Origin: Phycisphaeraceae bacterium
Lineage (GTDB): Bacteria; Planctomycetota; Phycisphaerae; Phycisphaerales; Phycisphaeraceae
Direction: 5' to 3'
DNA length: 64,000 nt
Assembly: GCA_040902585.1 (NCBI GenBank)
Contig: JBBDXA010000231.1
Span: 903-64,902, forward strand
The notes beneath the pieces are model-generated. The model worked only from the letters and a program-made list of their open reading frames with translations, had not been told where the DNA came from and made no database searches. Shown piece after piece: positions 8,309 to 14,313 of this stretch; position 1 is the first letter of the stretch; each line of letters opens with the position of its first letter. The position numbers and the translations under genes were made by a program.

Positions 8309-9813
8309 ATGCAAAGCACAATAAAAATAGTTCGCATCGTGCTGACGGCGAGCGTGACCCTTTTCGCACCGGTGGCTGCCGGCGACACATGGATCGTCGA
8401 TACGCAGGACGAATGGTCCGCTGCGGCCGCGGAGATGGAAGGCATCGAGATCAGTGACGGCGTGATATCGCCCACCGGCAACAGCGCCACCTTCGCCAGC
8501 AAGGTGAAGCGTTTGAATGCAAAGCGCAAGATCGCTTCGCTCATGCTTGAACAGTCGCCGATCTGGCAGAACTGGGAGCCGATCGACAACCTCGGACCGG
8601 CGAACATGGAGGACGCGCCTGTGTTCCTCTCCATCAGGCCGGGCAACTACTGGGCGTTTGGACGCTACGGCAAGGGCGGCAAGGGCGGCAGGAACGCTCC
8701 GCCCTTCAAGGCGCAGCCCGCGAAGCTGAAGGGCTTCGACATCCCGCTGCTGACCACGCCCTGGCCCAACCAGTTCGACGCACCCGGTGACTCGAAAAGA
8801 ATCTGGGCGGCTACAACGCCTGGCAGAGCCGCGACATGGTCAACTGGGTGCATCACGGCCCCGTCACCGAGGCCTTCTCCCGCTGGGTGACCTCGGCTGA
8901 GCACAAGGATGGCAAGGTCTACATCTATTACGACTACCCCAACGACCAGGACCCGCACGTTTACATCGACGAAGATCTGACCGACGGCAAGCCCGGCAAG
9001 AACATGGGCCTGGCGGTGCGTGATCCATCGCACGGCTCCGACGCCGGCTTCATTCGCGACAAGGAGGGACGGTTCCACGTGATCATCGAGGACTGGAGCC
9101 CGATCAACGCCAGCCAGCGGTCGTGGGATTCACCGCTGGCGGGCCACGCGGTCAGCGACGATGGCGTGAAGGATTGGAAGTTCCTCGCTCCCGCTGTGGA
9201 CAATCGAACCAAGGACACCGGCAAGATCGCTACGTACAAGCACCCGCACTGGCTCCAGCATCCGGACTGGAAGACGAACATTGGCGAGTACCAAGTGCAC
9301 GAGCCTGAACAGGAAGCCTACGGCGACTGGGCCGCGATCTGTGTCGGCACGCAGTATTACCTCTTCGGCGACTACGATCCGGCCGGCGGCGGACACATGA
9401 GTGTCGGATGGTTCACCAGCTCCGACATCAACAAGCCTTTCAAATGGTGCGACAAGATCGGCAACGGCCACCCGGATCCTGACATCGGCTTCGCCGAAGG
9501 GCGCTTCTACCTGTTCACGCAGCAGGCAACGGACTACGTGAGCACCGGCCCGTGGGTCGAGAAGGTCGAGGTTCGCGTCGGCGTCGATACGGATGGCGAC
9601 GGCAAGCTCGACAAGTGGACCGACTGGGCGGAAGTGAAAGAGGCCTACCAGCACCACAAGACGCTCGCCAAGCACGTGGACAGGTCGCCGGCGAAGGTCG
9701 AAATGTTGGATCTGCCTGCCGGTCATGCCGTCGGATTCGAGCTGCGCCTCACCGACACGACAAAGAACAAATCGAAACCAATGATTGATCGCGTCACCAT
9801 CACCCTGGAATAG
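8309..9813 (+). pseudogene. Secreted five-bladed beta-propeller glycoside-hydrolase-like gene (GH43/GH117-like) split by a frameshift near 8790-8800
   Basis: ORF 8309..8890 reads sensibly up to TTPWPNQFDAPGD, then becomes low-complexity. The second frame is open from 8791 and reads LEKNLGGYNAWQSRDMVNWVHHGP before its first ATG (8836). The SRDMVNW blade motif straddles that ATG. An A4 run lies at 8795-8798. Confidence 0.6.
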
Positions 9814-9836
9814 ATTGCCACGAACATTCGATCTCT

Positions 9837-10100
9837 TTGTGTCTCGCTACTTCTGTTCATCGCCGTAGCTCCCTCCGACGTGCGCGACGATCGCGGCTGC
9901 GTCAGTATCTGTCGTTCGGCGCGGGCAGGCCCGTCGGTCACTGGGGCGGGCGGTTCATCTGGCAGCTCGCCGACGCTGAGCAGTTGAGGGTGTGTTGGAG
10001 GGTCACGCCCAATGCGGTGCCTCGTGAGGTGGAACAGAAGTTGATTCAATCATTCGTAGCGGCTTTTGGAAGACGACCGTTCGCGAATCTGACTGACTAG
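9837..10100 (+). pseudogene. Possible C-terminal remnant of a GIY-YIG-like nuclease-family gene
   Basis: TTG-start ORF. The tail [36 protein letters not shown] resembles the distal half of GIY-YIG domains. The N-terminal GIY part is missing. Weak call. Confidence 0.25.
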
Positions 10101-10339
10101 CCAGGGGGCACAATGCACACGGAGACTTGCCCGGCGTGGTCTACAACAACACGATCACCACACTGCGTCTCACATAGCGCCTGCCCGTTGTAAATGTGCT
10201 CGACCGCCGCGAACCGATTCGCGTAGGCTTGGCGTCCGTTGCGGTGTACGTGGAGCCATCCACCTTCATCGCGGGCGAGGTCGACGCTGATCGAGGTGAA
10301 GCGGGCCAACGTGGTGTTTGTAGGGCTGGAGCATCACAC

Positions 10340-10425
10340 CAAATACCAGTATTTGAATTCAAAACATTTTTGCAGCGGAGACGCCGGCTTGTGGTCGTGC
10401 AAATCTGCAAATTTGCACATTTGCA
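10340..10425. repeat. AT-rich cluster of palindromes
   Basis: Read from the sequence: CAAATAC-CA-GTATTTG, TTTGAATTCAAA, and a 28-bp near-palindrome TGCAAATCTGCAAATTTGCACATTTGCA with a perfect TGCAAATTTGCA core at 10406-10417. The cluster lies just outside the island terminator. Confidence 0.7.
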
Positions 10426-10471
10426 GAATCATCAGCGCCCATCGGTCACCGGCGGCTCGTTGATCCGGGCG

Positions 10472-10506
10472 AAAAAAACTGCCCCACGGGATCAGCCGCA
10501 GGGCAG
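10472..10506 (-). terminator. Intrinsic terminator closing the RT cassette
   Basis: Minus-strand RNA CUGCCCUGCGG-CUGAUC-CCGUGGGGCAG forms an 11-bp stem (including 2 G-U pairs) followed by UUUUUUU. It begins about 55 nt after the ATPase stop. Confidence 0.7.
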
Positions 10507-10559
10507 TCAATGAAACTCGTTCGACGCAGGGCTGCAATACCGCGTTGTCTTCTTCCGAC

Positions 10560-11540
10560 TCAAGCCGCCTGACGCTTCGCCTTCAACTCGCGCATCCGGC
10601 GATAAAGCGAATCGGACGACTTGCCTGTGAGACTTGACCACTGCCTTTCCCGCTCGGCCCTCTGCTTGCGATCGGGGAACCGATCCAGAAGGTCCGAGAC
10701 GAATTTCAGCTCGTGGTCTTTCGTATCCTGACGTGTGACTGCCAACACGGGCTCGTCGTTGACATGTTCGTCCAGCATGGAGAGCACACGGTCCTCCCAT
10801 GTCTGGCAGGTCCGGTGATGCCGGCTGAACCTGAACGATGCCAAAGCCCTGTCCAATGTGCGAAGGTCGAACCTCTTCCCGGATTCTGCGACCAGGTCGA
10901 GAACCTTGAAGCATTCGCGGGCGGTCAGCCCGTCCTTGCCTCGAAGGCATCTCGCGCGGGTCATGGCGAGAATCTCGCCGTCAGAGGGGTCGTAATGAAA
11001 TGGGAACAGACGGCTGGAAACGGCCTTCGCAATCTCATCATTGTCCCGCATTCTTCGATTTGAAATCACGATGATGCTGCCGGTGAACAGAAACTCCTCT
11101 CGGCCGTCCCTGGCTGTGGTGTAGGTCACGAGCCGGGGTTTGCCAAGATCGCCGCCACATGCTGCCAGAAGAACCTGACGCGCCTCAGGCTTGACGAGAA
11201 ACGTATGCACATCGTCAAGCAGGAAGACGCTGCTCGGGTTCGCCTTGAGCGCGTCGAAAAGTCCACGGGGAGTCATCTGCGAATTGCAGAGCACCCATTT
11301 TATTTTCAACTGCTTGAGGATACCGGTGACCGTATGGGTCTTCCCGGTTCCCGGCCTGCCGTGGATGAACAGCCCGTTGGAAAATCCCAAGGCGGCACTC
11401 TTCACGTGGTCGCACAGGAGTCCCAGCTTCTGGCCCAAGGTCATGAGGTAGTCGCGATCATCGACCGACAGCAGACGGTGTTTCAAATCCTTTGCGGTAA
11501 TGCTTAAAACGGTACAAACGAAACGAAAAAGTTGACTCAC
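10560..11540 (-). CDS. AAA+ ATPase (Orc1/Cdc6- or IstB/DnaC-like core) with a basic C-terminal tail
   Basis: GTG start with AAAGGA upstream. Walker A GRPGTGKTH, Walker B VFLLDDVH, sensor-1-like IIVISN, SSRL Arg. C-terminal GKSSDSLYRRMRELKAKR. Confidence 0.85.
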   Translation of the reverse strand: MSQLFRFVCTVLSITAKDLKHRLLSVDDRDYLMTLGQKLGLLCDHVKSAALGFSNGLFIHGRPGTGKTHTVTGILKQLKIKWVLCNSQMTPRGLFDALKANPSSVFLLDDVHTFLVKPEARQVLLAACGGDLGKPRLVTYTTARDGREEFLFTGSIIVISNRRMRDNDEIAKAVSSRLFPFHYDPSDGEILAMTRARCLRGKDGLTARECFKVLDLVAESGKRFDLRTLDRALASFRFSRHHRTCQTWEDRVLSMLDEHVNDEPVLAVTRQDTKDHELKFVSDLLDRFPDRKQRAERERQWSSLTGKSSDSLYRRMRELKAKRQAA

Positions 11541-11785
11541 AAACTATCCTTTCTGGCCGGAGTGAACCCCGGTCGGATAAGGGCCGACTTTGACAGTCGG
11601 CATTCACGCACCTGTAGTGCGAATCCAAATGGCCGATGGAGCCGTTGCATGAGTGCAGCGGGCCATCGCCAAAGGATGGGTAGCAACGCGGTATTGACTT
11701 GCCAAAGAACATCGAACTGAGTCACCAATATGGTGGCAATGAATCGCGGCGGTGTCAACAGAAACTTGAGCGTCGGAGATGAGGA
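11541..11785 (-). ncRNA. Hairpin-rich 245-nt spacer upstream of the ATPase gene (candidate structured leader or ncRNA)
   Basis: On minus-strand RNA: GCCGACU-GUCAA-AGUCGGC (7 bp), a GGCGAUGG...CCAUCGGCC nested helix, and CACCA-UAU-UGGUG. A TTGACA box lies at 11753-11758 (minus). No convincing ORF. Confidence 0.3.
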
Positions 11786-12103
11786 TCAAACCGCAATCAG
11801 CCTCCGCAGTTCCGCCAACTGGTTCATCATCGAACAAGCACCAGCCATCTCGCGTCGCAGTTGACGCACAGATGGACCAGGCACCTTCTGGCGCTTCAGT
11901 CCGTTGAGCGCCACCTTTGCCTTGCCGGCGGCAGTGCGCGGCCCGGTGCTTCGCGTCCACGGCCGGTGCTTCAGCGCCGTCTCGCGCAGTTTCTGGCGGC
12001 CTTCAGGCGTGACCTTGTTACGCCTGGGCTGCGGCTTCGTAGCGGCGGGAGCGCCGCGCGGGCTGATCAAGTTGGAGGCGGTCATAGTCATCCAAGTGGG
12101 CAC
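11786..12103 (-). CDS. Small basic protein with a duplicated motif
   Basis: 105 aa. The duplicated motif is TPEGRQKLRETALKH and TAAGKAKVALNGLKR. By recollection (not searched) it matches the widespread small-protein motif (T/S)GPRTxEGKAxSxxNAxKHG. The start is uncertain (M1/M5/M7). Confidence 0.55.
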   Translation of the reverse strand: MPTWMTMTASNLISPRGAPAATKPQPRRNKVTPEGRQKLRETALKHRPWTRSTGPRTAAGKAKVALNGLKRQKVPGPSVRQLRREMAGACSMMNQLAELRRLIAV

Positions 12104-12665
12104 CTTTGTTTACTGAAGTTTGTTTGGTGTCGGCCGAGTGCATCGAGACCCTCCCCTCGCCGTCAGCGTCGTCGTTGCCCTCACGGGAGTAGGCCACGTC
12201 CTGCTTCGCTGCGATGTTCTGCTGACCGACGTGGGTGACCTGGTGGATGATCGTCGTTTTGCGGGGCTCATCGCTGTTTCGATACTTCTTCAACGCCAGC
12301 GCCAGACGCCGGACTTCGCTGATCAGACGACAGGCGGTGCTGCCGTACGCCTGGGCGGCCAGCGCATTGACGGCTCGGGTGGTTTGCTCCAAGAGCTGGC
12401 CGATGATCAGGTCGGCCTGCGCGATCTGGCGAACGATCACTTCTTCGATGGGATCGTCGATGCCGCCGGCACGGTGAGCGAAGTCCTCCATGTATGCACC
12501 GATGGTGGTGGGGCTGACATGCTTTTCCAACTTGACCGCGCCGGCGACGATGCTTGGGATGACCGCCTTTCGCATCGTTGCGACGCGACGGTCCCAGAGA
12601 GGATCTTCCTGGTCGGCGTTACTGGCCGGGGCGATTGTTGCGGGTGTGTTGTTGTGTTCGGGCAT
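12018..12665 (-). CDS. Hypothetical helical protein (215 aa)
   Basis: AAGGAAG SD about 10 nt upstream of ATG 12665. Coding-like composition. The 3' end overlaps the next ORF by about 70-86 nt. Confidence 0.6.
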   Translation of the reverse strand: MPEHNNTPATIAPASNADQEDPLWDRRVATMRKAVIPSIVAGAVKLEKHVSPTTIGAYMEDFAHRAGGIDDPIEEVIVRQIAQADLIIGQLLEQTTRAVNALAAQAYGSTACRLISEVRRLALALKKYRNSDEPRKTTIIHQVTHVGQQNIAAKQDVAYSREGNDDADGEGRVSMHSADTKQTSVNKGAHLDDYDRLQLDQPARRSRRYEAAAQA

Positions 12666-12742
12666 CCATGCTTCCTTTCTGATTTGGCTTCATTCAACGA
12701 AGTCCTTTTCTATGAAACGATAGGACGACTACTTCCCGCGCA

Positions 12743-14098
12743 TCAGCGGGCGTCGGCGGTCGCGGCATTGAGTATCAGACGATGGTCGAGCTTCTCGGCC
12801 TCGCTCTTGCGAAGACGACGCCAGCGGCCGTATGCGGCGAACCAGGCGTTCATCAGCGTCTCCCGCGATGGAAGCTCATCGAAGCCGGCCGCCGCCGCCG
12901 TGGTGTACACACGATCGAGCACGGCTTCGCGAGTTTCATCGCGGTAGCAGGGGCCGAGATATTCCAGCCAGCCGCGCACCGCGGCATCGGCGGCAACCGG
13001 CGGACAAGGCTTCTCGTGCGCTTCGATGAAGCCGTCCTCCAAACTGCACCAGGCCCGCTCGGCGATCGTGAACCTCAGTTGCCTGCCTTGACACTGGAGG
13101 TGGTAACCGAGGTAAATCACCTCCTGCCCTTCGGCCACGCGGCAGATATTTGATTCCGCATTTCCCTTGAGTTTCAAACCCGCCGATGTGACGAGCTGAC
13201 TCAGCGTGTCGTAGGCCATGTGGGCCTGGTCAACTGATTCGCAAGGCACCAGCAGATCGTCGAGATAGCTGAAAAGGGGTAACTGAGAGAGCCGATGCTG
13301 CCACGGCCGAGTGATGTGGTGGTCGCGGAAGATATGGGCCAGCAGCGGCGACAAGGAACTGCCCTGACGGACGCCGCGTTTCTTGCCGGTGTGTGAAATC
13401 AGGTTCACAAACTCGACGACGTTCCCGGCGTCGGGCAGCCACGAACTCAGCGCCCGCATCAGACGGCTGTGAATGATCTGGTCGTAGAACGCTTTGATGT
13501 CCTCGACAATCCACACCCAGTGCCTCCTGCGCTTCGCCAGCGCCAGTACCGTCGCCAGCGCGTGCTGAGCACCGCGGCCAGGCCGGGCAAACGAAAACGG
13601 AGCCAGCATCGGATCGAGCACCGGCTGGATGATGAGCCTCACATCACCTGCGACAATCCGATCGGGGACCGTCTGAATCGTCAACGTCCGGGTTTCGATG
13701 CTGCCGGGACGCTTGGGGATCGGGCACAGGCGGGAAGGGCCGGGACGATAGGTTTTATCACGCACCGCTTTCGCCAGAGCGCGGGACATTGACCAACCCT
13801 CCTCAAGGGTCAGGTCAGAGGGACGCAGTCCATCGACACCGGCAGCGTTGCCACCGTCTGACAGAATGTGATCCAGTGAACATCGCATCATCCGGGCGTC
13901 AGCGATGCGGCGTTTGAGGAAGGGGCCGACACTCGGAAGCTGTCCTATCCGTGCTCCGAGAACATGCAGACGATGGACGGTCAGCAGCCGGCGATATCGG
14001 CCGTCATTCTGCAGCGCGGGATCGCTCTTGCCCTCAAGAAGCCGATTCAGTTGGAAATTGTGACATTCAGTCTCGGCGTACACGTTGTTTCCTCGCAT
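12743..14098 (-). CDS. Reverse transcriptase, group-II-intron-like (no En/D domain)
   Basis: Motifs in order: AAGVDGL; CPIPKRPGSIETRTLTIQTVPDRIV; SFARPGRGAQHAL; EDIKAFYDQIIHSRL; GVRQGSSLSPLLAHIF; FSYLDDLLV (YxDD); GLKLKGNAESNI; VIYLGYHL; thumb-like VRGWLEYLGPCY. Confidence 0.92.
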   Translation of the reverse strand: MRGNNVYAETECHNFQLNRLLEGKSDPALQNDGRYRRLLTVHRLHVLGARIGQLPSVGPFLKRRIADARMMRCSLDHILSDGGNAAGVDGLRPSDLTLEEGWSMSRALAKAVRDKTYRPGPSRLCPIPKRPGSIETRTLTIQTVPDRIVAGDVRLIIQPVLDPMLAPFSFARPGRGAQHALATVLALAKRRRHWVWIVEDIKAFYDQIIHSRLMRALSSWLPDAGNVVEFVNLISHTGKKRGVRQGSSLSPLLAHIFRDHHITRPWQHRLSQLPLFSYLDDLLVPCESVDQAHMAYDTLSQLVTSAGLKLKGNAESNICRVAEGQEVIYLGYHLQCQGRQLRFTIAERAWCSLEDGFIEAHEKPCPPVAADAAVRGWLEYLGPCYRDETREAVLDRVYTTAAAAGFDELPSRETLMNAWFAAYGRWRRLRKSEAEKLDHRLILNAATADAR

Positions 14099-14313
14099 CT
14101 TGGAAAGTGCCGAGCCGGAGATTATTCCGGCCCGGCTAAAGCTGGCCTTTCGCCAGAAATCGCAATGCTGGTCGGCGGAGCCGCCAGCGAACTACTCAGT
14201 CATTCCCTTATTCGTTTCGCATGAGGGGTATGTGTAGTCCGTTGACGTCTGATCCATACCGGCTCCTTATGGGGAGGGAGAGGACATGGACCCAGGCCTT
14301 ACGGCCGACCGTC
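14099..14313 (-). ncRNA. Hairpin-rich 215-nt leader immediately upstream of the RT (candidate RT-associated ncRNA)
   Basis: On minus-strand RNA: GGCC-GUAA-GGCC, GCUGGCGG-CUC-CGCCGACCAGC, CUGGC-GAAAG-GCCAG, and GCCGGGCCGGA-AUAAUC-UCCGGCUCGGC ending about 15 nt before the RT ATG. No ORF. Confidence 0.35.

Noticed and set aside
12666-14313. Mobile group II intron.
   Set aside because: Only 215 nt separate the RT from the upstream protein-coding gene and 77 nt separate it from the downstream one. That is too little for ribozyme domains I-IV and V-VI. No domain-V-like hairpin or GUGYG 5' end was seen.
12743-14313. Classical retron (msr-msd upstream of the RT, with an ATPase effector).
   Set aside because: The RT is about 450 aa with group-II-like motifs (LGY instead of the retron VTG region, and a maturase-like RGWxxY thumb). 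I could not identify a1/a2 inverted repeats flanking the leader. This is not fully excluded and needs a covariance-model scan.
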